Of a stretch of 64,000 bases of DNA, positions 36,545 through 47,900 are shown one piece after another (position 1 is the first letter of the stretch; each line of letters starts with the position of its first letter). The notes below the pieces were generated by a model. It did not search any database. It had not been told where the DNA came from and saw nothing but the letters and a program-made list of their open reading frames with translations. A program made the translations under genes and the position numbers. Origin of the DNA: Candidatus Latescibacterota bacterium (lineage in GTDB: Bacteria > Latescibacterota > UBA2968). Location: assembly GCA_965207885.1 (NCBI GenBank), contig OZ242311.1:4864001-4928000 (forward strand). The letters are read 5' to 3'.

Positions 36545-38086
36545 ATGCACCTGAGTTGGATTGACTATGCCATCGTTCTCGTCTATGTCGGCGGTACCAT
36601 CGTCGCTGGCACGTTGGCGCAAGGTGCCATCAAGGGCATCTCCGACTTCCTCGTCGCTGGCCGCGGTCTCAAAATCCACATGGCCGTCGCCACTATGGTC
36701 TCAACCGGTCTCGGGCTGGTCACGGTCATGTACATGGCCGAGGAGGGCTTTAAATACGGCTTTGTGCCCTTCGTCTTTGGCCTCATGGCCCTGATCACCA
36801 CCCTGATCATCGGCCGCACGGGCTTCATCGTCAGCCGCCTGCGCCATTTGCAGGTGATGACCGTGCCCGAATTCTACGAACTCAAGTACACGCGCGGTGT
36901 ACGCCTGCTCGGCGGCATCATCCTCACCCTCGCTGGCACCCTCAACATGGGACTTTTTCCCATCCTCGGCAGCAAGTTTATCGTCGGCTTCACCGGCCTC
37001 GACAAGGAATACGTCAACTACGTCATGATCGGCATGTTGCTCATCGTCGTCTTCTACACGCTGATGGGCGGCATGGTCTCGGTGGTGCTGACGGATTTCG
37101 CTCAGTTCGTGCTGCTGGCGCTGGGGTTTTTCTTCGGCACGTATGTCATTCTCAATCATCCGCAACTCGGCTGGGACAACCTCGTCCAGGCCGTGCAAAT
37201 CTACAAAGGTGATATCGGCTTTGACCCCATAGCCAATCCCGGCTACGGCATCTCAATGATCTTATTTCTATTCTGCGTCGGCCTGGTCGGCGTGGTCTGG
37301 CAACCCGAAATGATGCGGCCACTGAGTGCCGAAAGCCCCAAGGTGGCCCGCCGCGTGTTCTGGATTTCTTCTGCCACAGTCATGGGGCGGGCGATGGTGC
37401 CGATGTTTTGGGGCATCGCGGCACTGTCCTATTTTGGCAACCCCGAACTCGACCCCCACTACGCCATGCCCGAAATGCTCGGCAAAATCCTGCCTATAGG
37501 CATCGCCGGCCTGCTCATGGCCGGGATGTTCGCGGCCTTCATGTCCACCCACGACAGCTATCTGCTGGCCTGGAGTGGCGTCATCGTCCGCGATGTGGTC
37601 TCGCCGATCAAGGCCATGCTCGCAAAATCGAGCGGCGAGCGCGAAGCAGACGGAACCTGGGGCGGGCTATCGAGCGAGCGCGAGATCTACTGGACCCGGT
37701 CTATCGTCGTCATCCTTGCCGCCTTCTTGGCCATTTTCGGCGCGCTCTACCAGCTTCCCGAGACGGCCTTCCGCTTTATGTACGTCACCGGCAGTATCTA
37801 CTTCTCCGGCTGCGTCGGCACCGTGGCCCTGGGACTGTACTGGAAAAAGGCCAATACTCCAGGTGCGTACTGTGCCCTGATCCTGGGTGCGCTGGTGCCG
37901 CTCAACTTCCTGATTATGACCGAAAACCAGCACCTGATGCCCGAGTTTTTGTTGCCACTGGTCGAAAGCTCCAACCTCGTCGGGATTACCAGCCTGGCTC
38001 TGGGCGGCCTCGCCATGCTGGTCGTTGCCTCGCTCACGCAGCGCTCGCACCCGCCGCGTCCTTTAGACTTTAGCAACATGGAGTAG
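36545..38086 (+). CDS. Sodium:solute symporter (SSS family)
   Basis: DFLVAGR, TVPEFYELKY, YTLMGGMVSVVLTD, AAFMSTHDS, GLYWKKAN; many TM helices. Confidence 0.9.
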   Translation: MHLSWIDYAIVLVYVGGTIVAGTLAQGAIKGISDFLVAGRGLKIHMAVATMVSTGLGLVTVMYMAEEGFKYGFVPFVFGLMALITTLIIGRTGFIVSRLRHLQVMTVPEFYELKYTRGVRLLGGIILTLAGTLNMGLFPILGSKFIVGFTGLDKEYVNYVMIGMLLIVVFYTLMGGMVSVVLTDFAQFVLLALGFFFGTYVILNHPQLGWDNLVQAVQIYKGDIGFDPIANPGYGISMILFLFCVGLVGVVWQPEMMRPLSAESPKVARRVFWISSATVMGRAMVPMFWGIAALSYFGNPELDPHYAMPEMLGKILPIGIAGLLMAGMFAAFMSTHDSYLLAWSGVIVRDVVSPIKAMLAKSSGEREADGTWGGLSSEREIYWTRSIVVILAAFLAIFGALYQLPETAFRFMYVTGSIYFSGCVGTVALGLYWKKANTPGAYCALILGALVPLNFLIMTENQHLMPEFLLPLVESSNLVGITSLALGGLAMLVVASLTQRSHPPRPLDFSNME

Positions 38087-38090
38087 TGCA

Positions 38091-38270
38091 ATGGATGTCG
38101 AAACCTGGAAAGTCTTCTGGCAATTCGTCTTTATCGCCGCTAGCGTCCTCTTTTACGGCATTGTCATCGCCGTCGCCTGCAAAGGCTTTGGCGATGTGAT
38201 CAAGATGATCCGCAACATGGCTGCCGGTCGCGGGGCCAGCGAATCCGCCGCAGACTCCCAGAACGAGTGA
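38091..38270 (+). CDS. 59-aa single-pass membrane protein (not in the ORF track)
   Basis: MDVETWKVFWQFVFIAASVLFYGIVIAVACKGFGDVIKMIRNMAAGRGASESAADSQNE*; GGAG RBS; starts 4 nt after the SSS stop; same C-ending codon style. Confidence 0.7.
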   Translation: MDVETWKVFWQFVFIAASVLFYGIVIAVACKGFGDVIKMIRNMAAGRGASESAADSQNE

Positions 38271-38317
38271 CGCAGCGCATATACTGGCGTTGCGCTAATT
38301 CAATCAAGGAAACCGCG

Positions 38318-38797
38318 ATGATCAATGCGACCTTATGCTATGTCAAAAATGGCAATAAAACGCTGATGCTGCACCGAGTGAAAAAGGAAAATGACATACA
38401 CGAGGGCAAATGGAATGGTCTGGGTGGCAAGATGGAAGCGGGGGAGACGCCTGAGGAATGCGTTATTCGAGAAGTGCGCGAGGAGAGCGGTCTGCAGATT
38501 CAAAATCCCGCTTTAAGAGGTGTGCTCACGTTTCCAAAATTTGATGGGATTAATGACTGGTTGGCGTTTGTGTTTACTGCGGAGAGATTCACGGGTGAGT
38601 TGATCGATTCGAGTGAAGGTATCCTGAAATGGATTGACGACTCAGAACTGCTCGATCTCAATCTTTGGGAAGGCGACAAAATTTTTCTGAAGTGGTTACA
38701 CCAGGATGCGTTTTTTTCTGGGAAATTTACGTATGAAAACAAGCGGTTGATCGATCACGATGTCGTGTTTCACACATTGTCTGGATCTGTGCCATGA
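38318..38797 (+). CDS. NUDIX hydrolase, 8-oxo-dGTP diphosphatase (MTH1/MutX-like)
   Basis: ATLCYV, KWNGLGGKMEAGETPEECVIREVREESGL Nudix box, LWEGD. Confidence 0.9.
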   Translation: MINATLCYVKNGNKTLMLHRVKKENDIHEGKWNGLGGKMEAGETPEECVIREVREESGLQIQNPALRGVLTFPKFDGINDWLAFVFTAERFTGELIDSSEGILKWIDDSELLDLNLWEGDKIFLKWLHQDAFFSGKFTYENKRLIDHDVVFHTLSGSVP

Positions 38798-38967
38798 ACG
38801 AAAAAGCCGAAGCGATAAAAAAGAGATACCTGTATCGCCGCCTGATTCTCACGGGCAAAATCGGTCTGTCCAGACACGCGGCAGTCAAATTCATCGGCGC
38901 CGATACGGCGTATCACCTGTATGCTCGTGCAACGCCTCGGTCTCGTGCGGCAAAGAAAAGCGCGTAA
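38794..38967 (+). CDS. 57-aa basic hypothetical protein (not in the ORF track)
   Basis: ATGA overlap with the NUDIX stop; MNEKAEAIKKRYLYRRLILTGKIGLSRHAAVKFIGADTAYHLYARATPRSRAAKKSA*. Confidence 0.5.
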   Translation: MNEKAEAIKKRYLYRRLILTGKIGLSRHAAVKFIGADTAYHLYARATPRSRAAKKSA

Positions 38968-39009
38968 TGCGATGGTCTTATCAGAGCTTCAGCTTTGGGA
39001 GTATGTCAA

Positions 39010-39825
39010 TTAACCGGCAGATCCATACCGAATCTCGTGATAATCGCGATCACTCGTAATCGGAACGGGTTTCCCTTCCAGAAATGCCCATTTTCCCACA
39101 TCACACGACGAAGCGCGAACAAATCCATTGATATACGAACGCCGCGGCTTATCCGTCGTATTTGGTACCGAGCCGTGAACCGTATAAGACGTGAACATCA
39201 CCACATCACCCGGCATTGCCTCGCAAGGTACAGCCGATGACACATCCACCTGATCTTCAATTTCTCCCTTTGCATAGCGCGTCACCTTCAAATTTCCCAA
39301 CTTGTGGCTGCCGGGCACAACGTGTAAACAGCCATTGGCAATCGTTGCCTCATCCACCACAATAATGGTCTGCACATAATTGTTCACCTGATCGCGAAAC
39401 GCAGGCGTAGGGCGGATATCCTGATGCCATGGAAAGTGAATATCTCCCCCAGGCATCTTGAAATTGATCTGATTGATATACTGCTTAAACGATGTACCGA
39501 TCAACGGTTCTAACAGAACGGGAAATTTCGCACTATTCCGAATCTCCTCAAACGCGGGATGAATGAGAGAAGGCCACTGGACTTTTCGCAGATACGGAAC
39601 AGCCTTTGTGCCAACCATCGGTCTGGGCGTCTGCAAGTGAATATGCACCTCGCGGTCTTTGCCCTGAAGAATTGCATCGGGAAGATCTGTCCGCGCTGCC
39701 AGTTCGAGAATATAGTCATATCCTTCTCGCAAACGCGCAATCTCATCCCCATCAAACACGTCTCGCGCAACGTGATATCCCCGCTCCCTGAAAGCCTCGA
39801 CATCTTCTTTGCTCAACGTCTTCAT
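39010..39825 (-). CDS. Phytanoyl-CoA dioxygenase (PhyH)-family Fe(II)/2-oxoglutarate oxygenase
   Basis: FRERGY, PWHQD, NGCLHVVPGSH, PGDVVMF..HGS.PN....RR. Confidence 0.9.
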   Translation of the reverse strand: MKTLSKEDVEAFRERGYHVARDVFDGDEIARLREGYDYILELAARTDLPDAILQGKDREVHIHLQTPRPMVGTKAVPYLRKVQWPSLIHPAFEEIRNSAKFPVLLEPLIGTSFKQYINQINFKMPGGDIHFPWHQDIRPTPAFRDQVNNYVQTIIVVDEATIANGCLHVVPGSHKLGNLKVTRYAKGEIEDQVDVSSAVPCEAMPGDVVMFTSYTVHGSVPNTTDKPRRSYINGFVRASSCDVGKWAFLEGKPVPITSDRDYHEIRYGSAG

Positions 39826-39939
39826 TTCATTTCCCTTTGTCATTTTAACTACCGAATAGACCACTTAAGCAGTATAATGGGTCAGTGGTCAGAAATCAAA
39901 CTGGTTCTGAGATCGAATAGTGGATCGCGCATTCCATTT

Positions 39940-40080
39940 GAGATTGTAAAAGAATTAGAACAAGCACTCGCAGAATGGGAATCGCAACTCGTCGCGTCTC
40001 TCTGGCCCTCAAGGCGAATCCTCAAAATCTCCCTCAAGCCCTATGGCCTGGGCGATGAAACGTACGATTTTCCCATCTAA
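39940..40080 (+). pseudogene. Possible orphan C-terminal fragment of a sulfatase-like gene
   Basis: EIVKELEQALAEWESQLVASLWPS...YDFPI* resembles sulfatase C-terminal helices; ends just before the next gene's RBS. Confidence 0.35.
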
Positions 40081-40097
40081 AATAAGGAATCATTCAA

Positions 40098-40955
40098 ATG
40101 GACCTCATTATCAACTCCAAATTTTTCGATCAGTATTCCGTGCCTGAACTGGGCGAAAAAGCGATTGAATTGGGCTACGACGGCATTGACCTGTGCGTGC
40201 GTCCGGGCCATCCCATTCACGCAGACAATGTAATTGAGGCATTGCCCAAAGCAGCCGAAATCTGGCGCAGTCAGGACCTGGTCTGCCCTATGATAACCGC
40301 GCCCGTGACACTCGTAGATCCAGAATCACCTGAAATAGAAAAATACTATATCGCCTGTGCCGAAGCCGAAATCCCCCGTCTCAAAATCGGATTCTGGAAA
40401 TATCAGCCCGGCGATGATTACTGGCAGGTTGTGGATACAGCGCGGAGAGATCTGGCAAAAATTGTGGTTCTGAGCGAAAAATACGGCGTGCAGACCTGCT
40501 ATCAGATTCACAGCGGGCCTTGCCTGGGAAGCAACTGCGCGGGATTGATGCACCTCATCAACGGCTTTGACCCACAATACGTGGGCGCGTACCCCGATTT
40601 CGGACACCTCGCACTGGATGGAGAAGACTGGGCAATGGGATTGGCGATGATTCGGGATTATGTCTCAGTCGTGGGCATTAAAGATGCGTATTATCTACCG
40701 CAACCGGAAGGTCAAACACCGCGCTATCGTCCCTGCTTCACAAAAGCTGGAGAAGGATGCGTAGATTGGCATCGTTGCCTGGGGCTATTGCACGAGATGG
40801 GATTTGATGGACCCTTATCCGTCCACACCGAATACAAATTTGACGAAACTATCATCCGTCAAGTCGGTTACGCGCAAACATCGCCTCCAAATTTGGAAGC
40901 ATGGGCAAAAGAAGACGCGACTTATCTGCGAAAAATTATCGCAGACATTGTATAA
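40098..40955 (+). CDS. Sugar phosphate isomerase/epimerase (xylose isomerase-like TIM barrel)
   Basis: GYDGIDLCVRPGH, DFGH, IKD, GEGCVDW, GFDGPLSVHTEY. Confidence 0.85.
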   Translation: MDLIINSKFFDQYSVPELGEKAIELGYDGIDLCVRPGHPIHADNVIEALPKAAEIWRSQDLVCPMITAPVTLVDPESPEIEKYYIACAEAEIPRLKIGFWKYQPGDDYWQVVDTARRDLAKIVVLSEKYGVQTCYQIHSGPCLGSNCAGLMHLINGFDPQYVGAYPDFGHLALDGEDWAMGLAMIRDYVSVVGIKDAYYLPQPEGQTPRYRPCFTKAGEGCVDWHRCLGLLHEMGFDGPLSVHTEYKFDETIIRQVGYAQTSPPNLEAWAKEDATYLRKIIADIV

Positions 40956-40968
40956 AGAGAGGTTCACA

Positions 40969-42285
40969 ATGCGTACAGCAAAAGCCGGTTGGGCGCAGTT
41001 TGATTCAACGCCGCCACTGGGGCTGCCTATGGGTGGTCGCGGTCCGCGGTTTTCACCCGGGTCTGAGGTGCTCGATCCTCTGGCCGCGCAGGCGGTTGTT
41101 ATTGAGGATCAAAAGGGCTATCGCACGGTCTGGATTTCGATTGATATGATTGGGATGACATGGCATGTGACGAGTCGTTTGCGCTGTGAGTTAGCTTCAA
41201 TAACCGGCATACCTTTTGAAGCGATTATTGTCAATTTTTCGCATACGCACAGCGGTCCCATGTCCGGGTTTGAGGGATATGCGACGACTGTGGCTAAACC
41301 TGCAGAACTCGAGGCTTATGAAACTGATTTGCTGTCTCGTACGGTGAAAATGGTGGTCGAAGCCATCGTGAATATGCGAGAAGTCTCTGTTTGTGTGCAT
41401 CGCGGTACGTCGGAGATTGGGATTAACAGGCGCAGGCGGGGTGCCGATGGCAGTATGGGGATGAGGCCGAATCCAGATGGATATATGAATCGGGATCTCT
41501 GGGTGCTCGATCTCGTCGCGGATGATGGACGTTGTGTGCTGTTTAATTATGGATGCCATCCGGTGATGGTTTACGGTTTTGCATGGGATGGCATTTCTGC
41601 TGATTTTCCCGGGGTGTGTCGCAATCGGTTGGTCGAATCTCTCGGCCCGAATACCCACGCGCAGTTTATTCAGGGGCTTGCCGGCAATATTCGACCGCGC
41701 CGTCTCGCGGGGGCAGACACATTTCGCAAATCTACGCCGGAGGATGTTATTGCGACGGGTGCTCAACTCGCGGATGATGTGCTCGCGGCTATGGATGCGG
41801 GCGGTGAATTGCTGGAATTGGATCTCAGTTGCGTTTCGGGATTTGCGCTGGCGCCGCGCGATTGTGATGCGATTCCATCCCTTGCCCATTGGGAAGCACT
41901 TGCCAATGGTGAGGCAGAACTCGAGCAAAATCTCGGTGCTTACTGGGTCGAGCGTTTGGGATCTGGCATACCGCCAGCGCGTTTTTTCCCCTGGGCGGTT
42001 GGTCTTATTCGCCTGACGGGAGAACACACCATCGCGTGGCTTGGCAACGAGGTTGTTGCGGAGTGGCTCCCCTTGCTGAGAACTTATCTCAATGATCCGA
42101 ATCTCATTGCCTGGGGTTATTGTCAGGATGGGCGCAATTACATGCCGACAGACGCGCTTATTCCCGAAGGTGGGTATGAGGTTGATAGCGCGAATGCGTA
42201 CACCAAAGCTGGTCCCGGTCCGTTTCAGGTTGGTATTAACGAGGTGACAAAGAAAGCATTTCTCGAACTGGTCGAAAGGCTGTGA
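40969..42285 (+). CDS. Neutral/alkaline ceramidase-like hydrolase
   Basis: DPLAAQA, SHTHSGP, INRR, NYGCHP, ISADFPG, EGGYE; ATG 40969 after GAGAGG. Confidence 0.75.
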   Translation: MRTAKAGWAQFDSTPPLGLPMGGRGPRFSPGSEVLDPLAAQAVVIEDQKGYRTVWISIDMIGMTWHVTSRLRCELASITGIPFEAIIVNFSHTHSGPMSGFEGYATTVAKPAELEAYETDLLSRTVKMVVEAIVNMREVSVCVHRGTSEIGINRRRRGADGSMGMRPNPDGYMNRDLWVLDLVADDGRCVLFNYGCHPVMVYGFAWDGISADFPGVCRNRLVESLGPNTHAQFIQGLAGNIRPRRLAGADTFRKSTPEDVIATGAQLADDVLAAMDAGGELLELDLSCVSGFALAPRDCDAIPSLAHWEALANGEAELEQNLGAYWVERLGSGIPPARFFPWAVGLIRLTGEHTIAWLGNEVVAEWLPLLRTYLNDPNLIAWGYCQDGRNYMPTDALIPEGGYEVDSANAYTKAGPGPFQVGINEVTKKAFLELVERL

Positions 42286-42288
42286 CGG

Positions 42289-43380
42289 TTAGTTTTGATT
42301 AGATCGTCTACCTCGTCCGCGACGGCGCTGTTCACGCCACCGTTCGTATGCCTCTTCGTCAAACTCGATAACGGGGACCTCACCTTCCCATACATCGGCA
42401 ATGATGGGCATAATGCGCTGTGTCGCCAATTGGAAATCCCGTCCAAAAGGTCTCGGGTTTGGAAACCATTTCCACAGGAGAGCACCTGTGATACGCGGTT
42501 CGTTTTCAATGGCTTCGAGCGCGACGCGCCAGCACATTTCCTGTAAGGGACGCGCGCCGTCGTCATCCACGCGATAGGTCCACGGTTCTGATGCGGCTTT
42601 ATAAGATTGGTTGTATCCCAGTTCGGTAAATACGATGTTGCGATCCATTTTTTTAGCATAAGTTCGCAGTTCTTTTACCAGACGATCCCATCCTATGCGG
42701 AGGTCGGCCTCTGTGGGGTTCTGGTTTTTTGCAATAGGGAAATAGCCCTGAATACCGATCACATCCAGGGCGTCCCAGAATGGCACGCGCGTGTAATCCG
42801 TCCAATTCGCCGCATAGGTGATCTTCCCTTTATACACCTTTCGCACGTCTGCAATCAGGGCGCGCCATTCGCCTTCGTGATTCAGGGTTTTGTCCAGTTC
42901 TGTTCCTATGACAAATGCATCGGCGTCTTTGCAGGCTTCTGCCACTGCTAAAATCCAGGCGCGATAATCTGCCCAGAAGCGCGTCCATTCTTCCTCAGAG
43001 CGAAACGCAATTTCGCCCCGCCACTCAAATCCCGACCGCCAGTATGCCAGATGGGGCTTGATGCAAATTTTCAATCCCCGTTTGTGGGCTTCTACTATTG
43101 GTCTCGTCCAGTGTGCGGGAGCCAAATCACCGGCGCCTTCAAACCGCCTCACCCTGACCGATCCGTCCTGCGAAATGCCCGCATAGGGATGGGTCGCCAC
43201 CCAGTTTGCTCCCAATATTTCAATATCTCGCAACGTTGAAACTATTTCGTCACTCGCCCAATCTCGCCCACCCCCGTGCGTTGAAATCGTAATCCCCCGC
43301 ATTGATGTATCATCGTCGAATGCATGGGGTTCAAACGCGGTAAATAAGCTGAATAATAGAATGATGCAATAACGGGGCAT
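42289..43380 (-). CDS. Secreted glycoside hydrolase family 113-like TIM barrel
   Basis: Signal peptide, IKPHL, WRGEI, IGTEL, TYAANW, FWDALDVIGIQGYFP, FTELGY. Confidence 0.8.
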   Translation of the reverse strand: MPRYCIILLFSLFTAFEPHAFDDDTSMRGITISTHGGGRDWASDEIVSTLRDIEILGANWVATHPYAGISQDGSVRVRRFEGAGDLAPAHWTRPIVEAHKRGLKICIKPHLAYWRSGFEWRGEIAFRSEEEWTRFWADYRAWILAVAEACKDADAFVIGTELDKTLNHEGEWRALIADVRKVYKGKITYAANWTDYTRVPFWDALDVIGIQGYFPIAKNQNPTEADLRIGWDRLVKELRTYAKKMDRNIVFTELGYNQSYKAASEPWTYRVDDDGARPLQEMCWRVALEAIENEPRITGALLWKWFPNPRPFGRDFQLATQRIMPIIADVWEGEVPVIEFDEEAYERWREQRRRGRGRRSNQN

Positions 43381-43399
43381 GATGGTCTTTCATTTATGC

Positions 43400-43425
43400 A
43401 AAAAAGGCGCAGTGCGAACTGCGCC
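43400..43425 (-). terminator. Intrinsic terminator of gltBD
   Basis: Minus strand GGCGCAGT-tcgc-ACTGCGCC followed by TTTTTT. Confidence 0.8.
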
Positions 43426-43488
43426 CTCCTGTGGTCTGATTCGTTTTTATCCTGCTCATCCTTAAATCCTGCCCATCCTGATCCGGTT

Positions 43489-44982
43489 TTACGGCAGGTC
43501 GGTAGATCCCATGAGGTAGCGGTCTGCTTCGCGGGCAGCGCCGCGACCTTCTGCGAAGGCAAAGACAACGAGGCTCATGCCGCGGCGCACATCACCTGCG
43601 ACAAAGAGGCCAGGGATTCTGGTGGTGAACTCGCCTTCGATGGCTTTGACGTTGGAGCGTTCGTCGCGTTCGAGTTCGAGTTCGTCGAGAATGGTATCTT
43701 CGGGACCGAGCCAGCCCATGGAAAGGAAAACGAGATCTGCAGGCCATTCTTTTTCCGTGCCGGGGACTTCGCGGAATGGCGCGCCGTTTTCTGCGGGTAC
43801 CCATTCCACTTGCATGGTTTTTAATGCTTTGAGCGTGCCGTTTTTATCGCCTATAAATTCCGTGGTGCTGATGAGATATTCACGCGGATCTCTACCAAAA
43901 ATGGCGGCGGCTTCCTCCTGTCCATAGTCGGTTTTGAAAATGAGCGGCATTTGAGGCCAGGGGTTGCTGTCGGTGCGCGTTTTGGGCGGCTCGGGAATAA
44001 TGTCGAACTGGTGCAGGCTTTTGCAGCCGTGGCGCATTGCCGTGCCCACGCAGTCGGTTCCCGTATCCCCTCCGCCGAGCACGATAACGTGTTTGTCTTT
44101 GGCGTTTATATAATTGCCGTCTTCAAGATTGGAGTCGAGCAGGCTTTTGGTGTTTTTGTGCAAATACTCAATGGCCTGATGTACGCCGTTGAGTTCGCGG
44201 CCTTTGATGGGAAGGTCGCGGGGTTTGAGTGCGCCAATGCAGAGCACGACCGCGTCGTATTCATTGAGGAGATCTTTTGCCAGCAGGTCTGTGCCAATTT
44301 CGGTATTGGTTATAAACTCGATGCCCGATTCGATCATGAGGTCAATGCGGCGTTGCACGACTTCTTTTTTGTCGAGTTTCATGTTGGGAATGCCGTACAT
44401 GAGCAATCCGCCGATGCGGTCAGAGCGTTCGTACACGGTAACTTTGTGCCCGGCTTTGTTGAGTTGTGCGGCGCAAGAGAGACCTGCGGGACCTGAACCC
44501 ACGACGGCCACGCGTTTGCCCGTGCGTTTGTCGGGTATATCGGGCGTGACCCAGCCTTCTTCCCAGCCTTTGTCAATGATGGAGACTTCAATATTTTTGA
44601 TGGTGACGGCGGGTTCTGTCATGCCCAGCACGCATGAACCCTCGCAAGGGGCTGGACAAACGCGACCGGTAAATTCGGGAAAGTTGTTGGTCTTGTGCAA
44701 TCGCTCGAGAGCTTCTTTCCATAGGCCGCGATATACGAGATCATTCCATTCGGGAATGAGGTTGTTGATGGGACATCCAGAGGGAAAAGGCGTAGATTCG
44801 GGCAGGCGCACACCGGTATGACAAAAGGGTATGCCACAGTCCATACACCGCGCACCCTGTTCCCGAAGTTTTTCATCGGGGTGATGATGGTGAAATTCTT
44901 TCCAGTCTGCGATGCGCTGTGCGGGGTCTCTATCGGCCGGAAGTTCTCGCTGAAATTCCATGAATCCGGTCGGTTTTCCCAT
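43489..44982 (-). CDS. gltD: Glutamate synthase small subunit
   Basis: [56 protein letters not shown]. Confidence 0.97.
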   Translation of the reverse strand: MGKPTGFMEFQRELPADRDPAQRIADWKEFHHHHPDEKLREQGARCMDCGIPFCHTGVRLPESTPFPSGCPINNLIPEWNDLVYRGLWKEALERLHKTNNFPEFTGRVCPAPCEGSCVLGMTEPAVTIKNIEVSIIDKGWEEGWVTPDIPDKRTGKRVAVVGSGPAGLSCAAQLNKAGHKVTVYERSDRIGGLLMYGIPNMKLDKKEVVQRRIDLMIESGIEFITNTEIGTDLLAKDLLNEYDAVVLCIGALKPRDLPIKGRELNGVHQAIEYLHKNTKSLLDSNLEDGNYINAKDKHVIVLGGGDTGTDCVGTAMRHGCKSLHQFDIIPEPPKTRTDSNPWPQMPLIFKTDYGQEEAAAIFGRDPREYLISTTEFIGDKNGTLKALKTMQVEWVPAENGAPFREVPGTEKEWPADLVFLSMGWLGPEDTILDELELERDERSNVKAIEGEFTTRIPGLFVAGDVRRGMSLVVFAFAEGRGAAREADRYLMGSTDLP

Positions 44983-44996
44983 AAGTGCTCCTTTTC

Positions 44997-47900
44997 TCAA
45001 GCCTCAACTTCTACGCCGCGACGGAATGCTTCAAGCCATGCATCTTCGCCTTTCAAACCCTCTTGTTGCGCGGTTTCATAAGCTGCGAGAATGCGCTTGT
45101 AGGGTTTTGGGAAGACTTTGACAAATTTGGGCAACATGTCATCCCAATGGACGAGGATGTGTTGCGCCACGCTGCTCTCGGTGTAGTCGGCGTGCTTGGT
45201 GATCATGCTTTTGAGTTCTTCAATGTCTTCGTCGTTTTGGACGGGTTCGAGATCGACGAGTTCGGGGTTGCAGCGTATGTGGAAGTCACCGTCTTCGTCG
45301 AGCACATAAGCAATGCCACCGGACATGCCAGCGGCAAAGTTGCGCCCGGTTTTGCCCAAAATGACGGCCATCCCACCCGTCATATACTCGCAACCGTGAT
45401 CGCCAATGCCTTCGACGACTGCGCTAACGCCCGAGTTTCGCACGCAGAAGCGTTCGCCTGCCTGACCGCGGATGAAGGCCTGCCCATTGGTTGCACCGTA
45501 GAAGGATACGTTGCCGATGATGATGTTATCTTCGGCTTTGAAGGTGGATCCTTTGCGCGGATAGACAATCAGTTTGCTGCCGCACAGGCCCTTGCCAAAG
45601 TAGTCATTGGCGTCGCCTTCGAGGCGAAAGGTGATGCCCGGTGGCGTAAAGGCTGCAAAAGATTGTCCGGCCGATCCCTCAAAGGTGATGTCAATGGTGT
45701 CTTCTGGCAAGCCATCGGGTCCGAACCTGCGGGTGATTTCACTACCGAGAATGGTGCCGACCACGCGGTTGGTATTTTTGATGTCGAATTTTGCGCGCAC
45801 TTTGCTACCATCTTTGAGGGCGGGTTCGCAAAGTTCGAGCAGGATCTGGTTGTCTATCGCGTTTTCGAGGCCGTGATCCTGCTCAATCTGGCAATAACGG
45901 CCAATTTCAGGATCGGCGTCTGGTTTTTCGAGAATGGGAGACAGGTCCAGATATTTTGCTTTCCAGTGATCGGTTTTTGCCTGGTGGAGCAGGTCGGTGC
46001 GACCGATGAGTTCATCGATGGTGCGCACGCCGAGTTGCGCCATTATTTCGCGCATATTCTGTGCGATAAAACGCAAGAAATTGACGACCTGGTCGGGGTC
46101 ACCCATGAACTTTTTGCGCAGTTCGGGATGCTGTGTGGCCACACCCACAGGGCAGGTGTCGAGGTGGCAAACGCGCATCATGATGCAGCCCATGGCGACG
46201 AGTGCTGTGGTTGCAAATCCAAATTCTTCGGCACCGAGCAGAGCTGCAATGATCACATCGCGCCCGGTTTTGAGTTGTCCGTCGGTCTCGACAATGATGC
46301 GCGATCTCAGATTGTTGAGTACCAGGGTCTGGTGGGTTTCGGCAACGCCGAATTCCCAGGGTAGGCCGGCGTGTTTGATGCTGGTTTGCGGCGATGCGCC
46401 AGTACCGCCGTCGAGGCCTGAGATGAGTACCACATCGCCGTGGCCTTTAGACACGCCCGCTGCGACGATGCCGACATTGATTTCTGCGACGAGTTTGACG
46501 TTAATCCTGGCATGGTGGTTGGCGTTTTTGAGATCGTGAATGAGTTGCGCCAGATCTTCGATGGAGTAAATATCGTGATGCGGTGGCGGTGAAATGAGTT
46601 CTACACCCGGTGTGGAGTGACGAACTGTGGCAATCCACGGATACACTTTATTGCCGGGCAATTCGCCGCCTTCGCCAGGCTTGGCGCCCTGCGCCATTTT
46701 GATCTGCAATTCTTTGGCATTGACCAGATAATTGCTGGTGACGCCAAAGCGTCCAGAAGCCACTTGTTTGATGGCACTATTTTTGGAATCGCCATTGGGT
46801 TCGAGAGTATAACGCGCAGGATCTTCGCCGCCTTCGCCTGTGTTGCTTTTGCCACCGAGACGATTCATCGCGATGGCGAGTGCTTCATGCGCCTCTTTAG
46901 ATATCGATCCATAGGACATGGCGCCGGACTTAAAGCGCCTGGTGATTGCTTCGACGGGTTCGACTTCGTCGAGGGGAATGGGTTCGTTGGCATAGTTGAA
47001 GTCCAGGAGACCGCGCAGGGTTGCCAGATTTTTGGCCTGTTGATCGATGAGGACAGAGTATTCTTTGTACACTGCGTAATCATTGGTGCGCGTAGCGTGC
47101 TGGAGCTTGTGAATCGTAAGGGGATTAAAGAGGTGATATTCCCCACCTTGCCGCCACTGAAAATGCCCGCCCACGTCGAGGGTGCTGCCGTTGACTGAAA
47201 TTTGGGGATACGCATCGCGATGCCGCATCAGAGCTTCTCGGGCAATGACATCGAGGCCAATGCCGTCTATGCGGGAATCCGTCCAGGTAAAGTATTGGTC
47301 AATGACGTTTTTTGAAATGCCAACTGCTTCAAAAATTTGAGCACCCCGATAGGACTTGATGGTGGAGATGCCCATTTTTGCCATGACTTTGACTACGCCT
47401 TTGGTCGCGGATTTGACATATCCTTTGACCGCATCGCGGTAGGCGATATCGGTCAATTGCTTTTCGGCGATCATGTCGGCGAGGCTTTCATAAGCCATAT
47501 AGGGATTGATCGCCTGAGCTCCGTAGCCGATGAGCAAGCAGAAGTGATGCACTTCTCTGGGTTCACCTGTTTCGAGGGCAATCCCGACTTTTGTGCGTGT
47601 ACCTTCGCGGATGAGGTGGTGGTGGAGACCGCTCATGGCCAGGAGTGCGGGAATGGGTGCGTGGTCTTTATCAACACCGCGGTCTGAAAGAATGAGTATG
47701 GTATAACCGTTTTCAATGGCTTTGTCGGCTTCTGCACACAATCTGTGCATGGCCTTTTCGAGACCGGCTTCGCCGTCGGCGACGTCAAAGAGCATGGATA
47801 TGGTGGTGGCTTTGAGGCCCGGTTGGTCAACGCCGCGCAATTGCTCGAGTTCTTCATTGGTCAAAATGGGCGTAGCGAGATGGATTTGCCTGCAACTTTC

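Noticed and set aside
44985-46364. Long antisense ORFs (459 aa here; also 48783-49787, 51662-52813, 27667-28650, 59358-60449)
   Set aside because: They shadow well-conserved genes on the opposite strand and have no recognisable motifs, as expected from codon bias.
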